Shown piece after piece: positions 56,691-64,000 of a stretch of 64,000 nucleotides of DNA. The DNA is from Sphingomonas sp. Lineage in GTDB: Bacteria > Pseudomonadota > Alphaproteobacteria > Sphingomonadales > Sphingomonadaceae. The translations under genes were made by a program, and so were the position numbers. Each line of letters starts with the position of its first letter. The stretch's first letter is position 1. Under the pieces are notes generated by a model. It was not told where the DNA came from. It saw nothing but the letters and a program-made list of their open reading frames with translations, and did not search any database. Location of the stretch: assembly GCA_035575755.1 (NCBI GenBank), contig DATLXI010000018.1, positions 153,560-217,559 on the forward strand. Reading direction: 5' to 3'.

Positions 56691-57299
56691 TTACGCGACG
56701 CGATCGGCCGGTTGGACGATCAGTCGCGTATCCGCGAACTCCTCCGCGGCGACCGTTTCAATCTGGCGTTCGATGCCGCGCGTCAGGTCGGCAGGAACCG
56801 TTACGGCGAAACCGCGCGCGATCAGGCCCTCGACCGCCCAGCGCACGCAATAGTCCGCCGCGACGCCGATCACCGTGACGTCGGTGATGCCGGTCGCGGC
56901 AAGCTCGGCGAAGAACGTCTCGCGCGCGACGGTCGGACCGCCCGCATCGCGCGCGTTCTCGATTTCGAGGCCGGGTTCGGCCCACATGTCGAACACCCCC
57001 TTCTCGATCCGCCATGCCGGGATTGCCGTATCGACCAGCGCGACGTCGAGCATGTTCCCCCAGCCCTGCGTACCGCGGACGCAGTGGATCGGGAACATCT
57101 CGGATTCGGGCGAGGCGGCATAGGTTTCGCGGAAATGCGTATCGAACGTAAACAGGACGCCCGCGACGTCGTCGGGCTTCAGCGCGGACAGCCACGCCTG
57201 CATCGGCGGAACCAGCGCGTCGGCACCGGCGACGCTCAGTGCGCCGTCCGCCGCCATGAAATCCCACTGCGTATCCACCACGACCACGAACCGCGTCAT
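56691..57299 (-). CDS. pncA: Nicotinamidase (isochorismatase family)
   Basis: [31 protein letters not shown]; divergent from pncB. Confidence 0.82.
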   Translation of the reverse strand: MTRFVVVVDTQWDFMAADGALSVAGADALVPPMQAWLSALKPDDVAGVLFTFDTHFRETYAASPESEMFPIHCVRGTQGWGNMLDVALVDTAIPAWRIEKGVFDMWAEPGLEIENARDAGGPTVARETFFAELAATGITDVTVIGVAADYCVRWAVEGLIARGFAVTVPADLTRGIERQIETVAAEEFADTRLIVQPADRVA

Positions 57300-57382
57300 C
57301 GCTCTACTCCTCTTGCGCGCCACTTGACACATTCGCGCCTTCTCGGACACCCGCAGCGCGAGCAACGCAGGAGCCCGCACGC

Positions 57383-58687
57383 ATGGCCGTGACCGATATC
57401 GCCACCCGGACGTATAATCACAGTTTCCGGCTCGATCCGATCGTGCGGAGCCTGCTCGATACCGATTTCTACAAGCTGCTGATGCTGCAGATGATCCGCC
57501 AGGTGTATCCAGAGGTGAGCGCCACCTTCGCGCTGATCAACCGCACGAAGACGGTGCGGCTCGCCGAGATCGTCGACGAGGCCGAGCTGCGCGCGCAACT
57601 CGATCATGCGCGCACGCTGCGGTTCGCCAAGAAGGAGCTGATCTGGCTGGCGGGCAACAGCTTCTACGGAAAGCAGAAGATGTTCGGGCCCGACTTCCTC
57701 GCGTGGCTCGCCGATTTCCAGCTGCCCGCCTACGACCTGCGCAAGGTCGACGGGCAGTATGAGCTGCATTTCGAGGGTCCGTGGACGCATACGACGATGT
57801 GGGAGATCCCTGCGCTGACGATCATCAACGAGCTTAAATCGCGCGCGGCATTGCGCGATCGCGGGCGGTTCGCGCTCGACATCGTCTATGCAAGGGCGAA
57901 GGCGAAATTGTGGGAGAAGGTCGAGCGGTTGCGCGAGCTGCCCGACCTCGTGCTGTCGGACTTCGGCACGCGGCGGCGTCACGGCTTCCTGTGGCAGCGC
58001 TGGTGCGTCGAGGCGCTGAAGGAGGGCTTGGGCGACCGCTTCATCGGCACGTCGAACGTGCTGCTCGCGATGGACGCGGACCTCGAAGCGATCGGCACCA
58101 ACGCGCACGAACTGCCGATGGTCGCCGCTGCACTAGCCGATAGCGACGCGGACCTCGCCGAGGCGCCGTACCGAGTTCTCGAGCATTGGCGGCAACATTA
58201 TAACGGCAATTTGCTGATCGCGTTGCCCGATGCGTTCGGCACTACCGCGTTCCTGCGCAACGCACCGCATTGGCTGTCGGAATGGACCGGCTTCCGCCCC
58301 GACAGCGCGCCGCCGATCGCTGGCGGCGAGCAGATCATCCGATGGTGGGAGGAGCAAGGCGTCGATCCGAAGACCAAGCTGCTGATCTTCTCCGACGGGA
58401 TGGATATCGACACGATCGAACAGGTTTATCGCCATTTCCACGGGCGGGTGCGGATGAGTTTTGGCTGGGGGACGAACCTCACCAACGACTTCCGCGGCTG
58501 CGATCCGGACGGCGCGGCGGCACTGGAGCCGATCTCGCTGGTCTGCAAGGTGATCGAAGCGAACGGCCAGCCCGCGGTGAAGCTGTCCGACAACCCGGCC
58601 AAGGCAACCGGCGAACCCGCGGAAATCGCGCGGTATCTGCGTGTGTTCGGCGAAGCGGATCGAGCGTCGGCGCCCGTGCTTGTCTAA
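57383..58687 (+). CDS. pncB: Nicotinate phosphoribosyltransferase
   Basis: [37 protein letters not shown]. Confidence 0.95.
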   Translation: MAVTDIATRTYNHSFRLDPIVRSLLDTDFYKLLMLQMIRQVYPEVSATFALINRTKTVRLAEIVDEAELRAQLDHARTLRFAKKELIWLAGNSFYGKQKMFGPDFLAWLADFQLPAYDLRKVDGQYELHFEGPWTHTTMWEIPALTIINELKSRAALRDRGRFALDIVYARAKAKLWEKVERLRELPDLVLSDFGTRRRHGFLWQRWCVEALKEGLGDRFIGTSNVLLAMDADLEAIGTNAHELPMVAAALADSDADLAEAPYRVLEHWRQHYNGNLLIALPDAFGTTAFLRNAPHWLSEWTGFRPDSAPPIAGGEQIIRWWEEQGVDPKTKLLIFSDGMDIDTIEQVYRHFHGRVRMSFGWGTNLTNDFRGCDPDGAAALEPISLVCKVIEANGQPAVKLSDNPAKATGEPAEIARYLRVFGEADRASAPVLV

Positions 58688-58835
58688 GGGTACCGGGCGC
58701 AACATAATTGACACACCGCGCAACAAACTAGCCTTAGTATACGATCTTACCTTGTTTCGTGTCCCGAATACTTCATCCTGCCCGCATAAAATAAGAAGAT
58801 GGATGTCTGCGGGGCGCGAACAGGGGGAATGGTTC

Positions 58836-61742
58836 ATGCGAGCATATACGGGTTGGATGTATTCGGGCGCTGGTGGGTTGGCGCTCGCAACGATGCTGTC
58901 GGTGACGACGGCGCACGCGCAGGCGGTCACGACGCCCGCGACGCAGGCCGCAACGGCGGACGATACGGCCACCGACGCGCCGTCGGACGAGATTCTGGTG
59001 ACCGGGTCGCGCATCCGTCGCGATCCGCTCAGCCAGCCGTCGCCGGTCATCACGGTCGATGCGCAGTCGATCCAACGTACCGGATTGTCGTCGGTCGCGG
59101 ACGTGCTCCAGCGCCTGCCGAGTGCCGCGGGCGGTCTCAATTCGAAGGTCAATAATTCGGGTAACATCGGCAATCCGCCCGACGGCGGCGGCGTCGGGGC
59201 GGGGTCGGCGGAGATCGACCTGCGGTATCTGTCGGCGAAACGCACGCTGGTGTTGGTCGACGGCCTGCGCTTCGTCAACGGTGCGTCGGCGAGCGGCATC
59301 CCCTCGACGGTCGATCTCAACACGATCCAGGTCGGCTCGATCGAGCGGATCGAAATCCTCCAGTCGGGTCAGTCGCCGCTCTACGGCTCGGACGCGCTGG
59401 CGGGCGTGGTCAACATCATCACCAAGTCGCAGCAGAAGGGGCTCAAGGCCTCAGCGCAGTTCGGCACGTTCCGGCAGGGCGACGGGCATACGCAGGACTA
59501 TAATCTCAGCTACGGCATCCAGGCGCCGCGGACGAGCGTGGTGTTCGGTGGCAGCTATGTGAAGCAGGAAGCGGTCCGTACCGGCGACCGGGCGATCTCG
59601 CGATTCCCGAACCCCGGCCAGACCGCGTGCAGCAACGGCGGCGGTGGCTGTTCGAGTGCCACGCCCAACGGCTATTTTCAGCTGGCCGGCCCGGCATTGA
59701 CGCTTAAATCGGCGCCGATCCTGGGACGTCCCCGCTACGATGCGGCCAACCCGACGGGGCCGAACAGCGACTTCCGCCTGCTCACGACCGACGATCGCTA
59801 CAATTTCGCGCCACTCAACTATTTCCTGACGCCGTCCGAGCGCTACGGCTTCTTCGTCAGCGCGAAGCAGGAACTGAGCGACGCGGTCAACCTGCGCGTC
59901 AAGATGAACTATACGCGCCGCAATTCGCAAAACCAGGCGGCGTTCCTGCCGCTGTTCGTCGGACCGGATGCAGGCAACGGCAACCTGCTCGACACGATCT
60001 CGATCGATGGGACAAACCCGTACAACCCGTTCGGCTACACGCTGTCGGCGGGCGGCGCCGGCAATGCCCCGGCGAACTACTCTACGGTGCGCCGTCGCCT
60101 CGTAGAGGCAGGCCAGCGGACCTATTCGCAGACCGTCGACACGATGTCGGCGACCGCGACGCTGGATGGCTCGTTCCATATCGGCGAGCATAAATTCTAC
60201 TGGGATGCCAATGCGGTGCTCGGCTTCAACGACGCCAAGCAGCTGTTCACCGGCAACATCAACGCTGCCAAGCTGCAACAGGCGCTCGGTCCCGTCGCGA
60301 ACTGCACAGGCGCCTGCGTCCCGTTCAACATCTTCGGCGGCGCCGGATCGGTCACGCCCCAGATGCTCGCGTTCGTCGCGTTCGACGAGCGCGCGCGCAG
60401 TTCGCAGAGTCTCGAGGACTATACCGCCAACCTTTCGGGCGACCTGTTCGACCTGCCGGCCGGACCCGTCGGGATCGCGATCGGCTATGAGCACCGCGTC
60501 CAGTACGGCAGCTTCACGCCCGATCCGGTGATCACCGCAGGCCTCGGTGCGGATATTCCCGCCCAGCCCGCACGCGGCCATTTCAACTCGGACGAAGTGT
60601 ATGGCGAGCTTCGCGTGCCCTTGCTCCACGACACGCCGTTCATCCACTCGCTCGAAGTCGGCGGCGCGGTCCGGCATTCGAGCTATTCGACCAGCAGCGG
60701 CAAGACCACCTACACCGGCAACGGCCTGTGGAAGCCGATTCCCGATCTGCTGTTCCGCGCCTCCTACGCGCAGGGCTTCCGCGCGCCGAGCATCGGCGAG
60801 TTGTTCGGCGCGGAGTCGCGCTCGGATGCACCGATCGACGATCCGTGCACCAACGTCGCGGGCTCGCCCTATCAGTCGTCGGCGACGGTCCGCGCGAACT
60901 GCACCGCGAACGGCGTGCCCGCGAACGGCAGCTACCAGGAACCGACCGGCGGCCAGCTCGGCGTGCTGACCGGCGGCAACAGCGCGCTCAAGCCAGAGAC
61001 GTCACGGACCTGGCTGTACGGCGCGGTCTATGCGCCGAGCTGGGCACGCACGAGCGGCATCGCCAGCCAGCTCAGCATCGAGGGCAATTACTACGACATC
61101 AAGGTGAACAACGCGATCGCCCCGGTCGACGCGCAGCTGACGCTGAGCCGGTGTGCGCAGGCGGCGGATGCACTGAGCTGCGCGGCGATCACGCGGACGC
61201 CCAACGGGCTGATCTCGCGGATCAACGCGCAGTTGCAGAACATCGGCGGGATCCGCACGCGCGGGGTCGACGTCACGATCGTCTACCGCACGCCGCGTAC
61301 GTCCGTGGGCATGTTCGGGGTCGCGCTCAACGGCAACGTCCTGCTGAAATATGCCGAGACGTTCCCCGCGGCGGTGGGCTTCACCACCACCAACTACCGC
61401 GGCCTGACGCGCGGCTTTCCCGACCAGTCCTACCCCAAGCTCAAGGGCAATGCGGTCATCGACTGGGATATCGGCGCGGCGCGTGCGTCGTTCACCGGAC
61501 GCTATATCGACAGCGTGAAGGAGGCTGACGGCAGCAAGTTGAAGAGCACCTTCTACGGCGATGCGCAGATCACGCTCTCGCCGGGCTGGCTCGAACATCG
61601 GCTCGGGGTGACGGTGGGCGTGAACAACGTGTTCAACCAGGACCCACCGGCCTGCACGAGCTGCACCGGGCCGAACTATGATCCGACCACCTACGACGTA
61701 CCGGGACAGTTCGGGTATCTGCGACTGTCGTGGGGACTGTGA
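58836..61742 (+). CDS. TonB-dependent outer-membrane receptor
   Basis: Signal peptide AHA, TonB box EILVTGSRI, plug RTLVLVDG..IERIEIL..YGSDALAGVVNIIT, FRAPS, L.PETS. Confidence 0.93.
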   Translation: MRAYTGWMYSGAGGLALATMLSVTTAHAQAVTTPATQAATADDTATDAPSDEILVTGSRIRRDPLSQPSPVITVDAQSIQRTGLSSVADVLQRLPSAAGGLNSKVNNSGNIGNPPDGGGVGAGSAEIDLRYLSAKRTLVLVDGLRFVNGASASGIPSTVDLNTIQVGSIERIEILQSGQSPLYGSDALAGVVNIITKSQQKGLKASAQFGTFRQGDGHTQDYNLSYGIQAPRTSVVFGGSYVKQEAVRTGDRAISRFPNPGQTACSNGGGGCSSATPNGYFQLAGPALTLKSAPILGRPRYDAANPTGPNSDFRLLTTDDRYNFAPLNYFLTPSERYGFFVSAKQELSDAVNLRVKMNYTRRNSQNQAAFLPLFVGPDAGNGNLLDTISIDGTNPYNPFGYTLSAGGAGNAPANYSTVRRRLVEAGQRTYSQTVDTMSATATLDGSFHIGEHKFYWDANAVLGFNDAKQLFTGNINAAKLQQALGPVANCTGACVPFNIFGGAGSVTPQMLAFVAFDERARSSQSLEDYTANLSGDLFDLPAGPVGIAIGYEHRVQYGSFTPDPVITAGLGADIPAQPARGHFNSDEVYGELRVPLLHDTPFIHSLEVGGAVRHSSYSTSSGKTTYTGNGLWKPIPDLLFRASYAQGFRAPSIGELFGAESRSDAPIDDPCTNVAGSPYQSSATVRANCTANGVPANGSYQEPTGGQLGVLTGGNSALKPETSRTWLYGAVYAPSWARTSGIASQLSIEGNYYDIKVNNAIAPVDAQLTLSRCAQAADALSCAAITRTPNGLISRINAQLQNIGGIRTRGVDVTIVYRTPRTSVGMFGVALNGNVLLKYAETFPAAVGFTTTNYRGLTRGFPDQSYPKLKGNAVIDWDIGAARASFTGRYIDSVKEADGSKLKSTFYGDAQITLSPGWLEHRLGVTVGVNNVFNQDPPACTSCTGPNYDPTTYDVPGQFGYLRLSWGL

Positions 61743-61746
61743 TCTA

Positions 61747-61826
61747 GCGCCACCCCGATGTTGGCGGGGGTCCAGGGCCACTAGCGATATCGTTTTTGGC
61801 CTGGGCTCCCGCTTTCGCGGGAGAAC
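61747..61826. repeat. Degenerate REP doublet
   Basis: Right arm CTGGGCTCCCGCTTTCGCGGGAGAAC nearly identical to 46741-46766; left arm decayed. Confidence 0.6.
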
Positions 61827-61848
61827 GGTTCTTTTTTCACGCGAGTCT

Positions 61849-61961
61849 TCTCCCCTCCCTGAAAGGGAGGGGTCGGGGGTGGGTTGGGTTCCGCATCATC
61901 GAACGCTCGCGGCACAAGCGGGCCTACCCACCCCCAGCCCCTCCCTTCCAGGGAGGGGAGA
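61849..61961. repeat. CCCTCCC-type REP doublet
   Basis: TCTCCCCTCCCTGAAAGGGAGGGGTCGGGGGTGGGT ... ACCCACCCCCAGCCCCTCCCTTCCAGGGAGGGGAGA. Confidence 0.85.
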
Positions 61962-62042
61962 GACCTGAAAGTACCTTCCGTCAGAGGCTAAATTGCCAAC
62001 CCCTCAGTCTCCGAGAAGGGCGGGCCTGCATATCGATCCGCC

Positions 62043-62387
62043 CTAGTCCTCGACCAGCTTCATGAACCGGCGTTCGATCGGGGCCAGGACGGGGCCAAGC
62101 TCATGCCCGCGCTTCACGACCGCGCCGTGTTCGCCGACCAGCGCCCACATCCCTTGCTTATTGCGGAGCGACGGGCGTTTCTCGATCCGGAATTCGGGGC
62201 GTTCGGCGGCGCGGCGGAAAGCGGCGAAGACCGCCGCGTCCTTGCCGAGATCGATGGCATAGTCCCGCCAGTGCCCCGCCGCTACCATCCGGCCATAGAG
62301 GTCGAGGATGCGCGTCAATTCGAGGCGGTCGAAGCCGATCTGGCTCGGCGCGCGACCACCGGTCGGGAAAGGGGTAACGACTCCCAT
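62043..62387 (-). CDS. DUF2794 family protein
   Basis: FDRLEL..IL.LYGRMVAAGHWRDYAID, G.VVKRGHEL..VL. Confidence 0.85.
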   Translation of the reverse strand: MGVVTPFPTGGRAPSQIGFDRLELTRILDLYGRMVAAGHWRDYAIDLGKDAAVFAAFRRAAERPEFRIEKRPSLRNKQGMWALVGEHGAVVKRGHELGPVLAPIERRFMKLVED

Positions 62388-63079
62388 CAGGCGCGGTCGC
62401 GGCGGCCTTCTGGTTGGTCATCGGCGAGGAGCGCGTCGAGCCGCTTGCGCATCGTCTCGAGTTCGCAGCGCATCATCTCCATCTTCTGCGTCGCTGGATC
62501 GAACATCTCGCTGCACGGCGTGCCGTATGGCACGAAGCGCGGCACTTCGGGCGCGTTGCCGCCCTCGATCGTGGTGGCGCGCGCGGGAATCCCGACGACC
62601 GTCGTACCCTCAGGAACGTCGCGCGTGACGACCGCGTTGGCGCCGACCCGCGAGCGTTTGCCGAGCGTGATCGGCCCCAGCACCTGCGCGCCCGAGCCAA
62701 TGATCGCGCCGTCGGATATGGTCGGATGGCGCTTGCCCTGCACACCATTGTCGGGGCTGGTCCCGCCGAGCGTCACGCATTGGTAGATCGTAACGTCGTC
62801 GCCGATCTCCGCGGTCTCGCCGATCACCACGAACCCATGGTCGATGAAGAAATTGCGGCCGATCGTCGCGCCGGGGTGGATGTCGATCGCGGTCATGAAG
62901 CGCGACCAGTGGTTCACGCAACGCGCGAGGAAATAGAGTTTCGCCTTGTACAGGCGGTGCGCGATGCGGTGATAGCCGAGCGCCCAGACACCGGGGTACA
63001 GCATGATCTCGGCGCGCGAATGCGGAGCCGGATCGCGTGCGCGGATCGAATCCAGATAGGCCAACAGTCCGCTCGACAT
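62387..63079 (-). CDS. cysE: Serine O-acetyltransferase
   Basis: RDPA, IDIHPGATIG..FFIDHG, VTLGGT, KRHPTI, VGIPAR. Confidence 0.92.
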   Translation of the reverse strand: MSSGLLAYLDSIRARDPAPHSRAEIMLYPGVWALGYHRIAHRLYKAKLYFLARCVNHWSRFMTAIDIHPGATIGRNFFIDHGFVVIGETAEIGDDVTIYQCVTLGGTSPDNGVQGKRHPTISDGAIIGSGAQVLGPITLGKRSRVGANAVVTRDVPEGTTVVGIPARATTIEGGNAPEVPRFVPYGTPCSEMFDPATQKMEMMRCELETMRKRLDALLADDQPEGRRDRA

Positions 63080-63171
63080 CGTATTCCCCTTCGCGAAACC
63101 CGTATCTAGGATATCGGCCGATCGATTTCCAGAACCGGGCCATCGCGGTGCCGTGTCGACCTGATTGGGGT

Positions 63172-63196
63172 AAAGCCTATCTTTGTTGTGGGATTT
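63172..63196. promoter_or_regulatory. 25-bp imperfect dyad, putative Rrf2-family operator
   Basis: AAAGCCTAT-CTTTGTT-GTGGGATTT between the divergent cysE and TauE genes. Confidence 0.4.
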
Positions 63197-63240
63197 GCCG
63201 GCGCGTTGCAGGTAATCGACATAACAGCATAAGTCCGGGG

Positions 63241-64000
63241 ATGCCGATGTTCGATGTGACGACCGTGAGTTTCGAGGCGCTGCTGCCGTTCATCCTGGTC
63301 GGCTTCGCCGCGCAGGTCGTCGACGGCGCGCTCGGGATGGCGTTCGGGGTGATCTCGAACACGTTGCTGCTCTGGGTCGGCGTGCCCCCGGCGGCGGCAT
63401 CGGCGGGCGTGCATACGGTCGAGACGTTCACGACCGCGGTGTCGGGGATCAGCCATGTCCTGCACAAGAACGTCAACTGGACGCTGTTCCTGCGGCTGAT
63501 GATCCCCGGCGTGATCGGCGGTATCCTGGGCGCGTACGTGCTGTCGAACATCGATGCGAGCACCGCGAAGCCGTTCATCCTCGCGTATCTGACATCGATC
63601 GGCGTGTACCTGCTGTACCGCGGGCTTCGCTATCCGCCGAAGCAGAAGGAGCCGAAGATCGTCGAGCCGCTGGGGCTGGTCGGCGGGTTTCTCGATGCAA
63701 CGGGCGGTGGTGGCTGGGGTCCGGTGGTGACGTCGAACTTGCTGGTGCAGGGCGCGAGCCCGCGCACCACGATCGGGACGGTCAATACCGCCGAGTTCTT
63801 CCTGACCGCGACGATCTCCGCGACGTTCATCACGCAGCTGGGCTGGTCGGCGTTCACGCAGGCGACGGTGGGGCTGTTGATCGGTGGCGTGCTGGCGGCA
63901 CCGTTCGGAGCGATGCTGGCGAAGCGCGTGCCCGCCAAGACGCTTATGGTGCTGGTCGGCGTGATCCTGACGATCACGAGCCTGTTCGGGCTGTACCGAG
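63241..64000 (+). CDS. TauE/SafE-family sulfite exporter (3' partial; absent from the ORF track because it has no stop in the window)
   Basis: Manual translation: GFAAQVVDGALGMAFGV...GGFLDATGGGGWGPVVTSNLL...IGTVNTAEFF. Confidence 0.88.
   Translation, partial: MPMFDVTTVSFEALLPFILVGFAAQVVDGALGMAFGVISNTLLLWVGVPPAAASAGVHTVETFTTAVSGISHVLHKNVNWTLFLRLMIPGVIGGILGAYVLSNIDASTAKPFILAYLTSIGVYLLYRGLRYPPKQKEPKIVEPLGLVGGFLDATGGGGWGPVVTSNLLVQGASPRTTIGTVNTAEFFLTATISATFITQLGWSAFTQATVGLLIGGVLAAPFGAMLAKRVPAKTLMVLVGVILTITSLFGLYR

Noticed and set aside
57300-58715. Shared TTGACACA upstream of pncB (57324) and the TonB receptor (58708) as NrtR sites, implying NAD-precursor import
   Set aside because: Only a half site with no matching GTGTC arm; equally explained as sigma70 -35 elements.

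Overview
GC-rich alphaproteobacterial chromosome segment; gene content and repeats point to Sphingomonas/Sphingomonadaceae (inference). It is mostly core housekeeping: pdhC-lpdA, arfB, rpoBC, aroA-cmk-rpsA-ihfB, tRNA-Ala(GGC), tRNA-Leu(TAA), pncA/pncB and cysE. Accessory content includes a leucine catabolism operon, a galactose/pentose utilisation cluster, two OmpR-type two-component modules with secreted partner proteins, a TonB-dependent receptor and several REP-like palindromes. No integrase, transposase, prophage or CRISPR array was seen. The most unusual element is a tRNA-shaped cloverleaf in the 125-nt rpoB-rpoC spacer (18820-18890). It keeps almost all tertiary-core nucleotides but has only a 4-nt anticodon loop and no free CCA end. 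It also has mutually exclusive complementarities to the rpoC ribosome-binding region, so it is a candidate tRNA-mimic processing or translation switch. Also notable are an ABC substrate-binding ORF whose frame runs through the whole tRNA-Leu gene and a stand-alone rpoB promoter with an attenuator-like leader. All calls are from reading the sequence by eye; no searches or folding programs were run.
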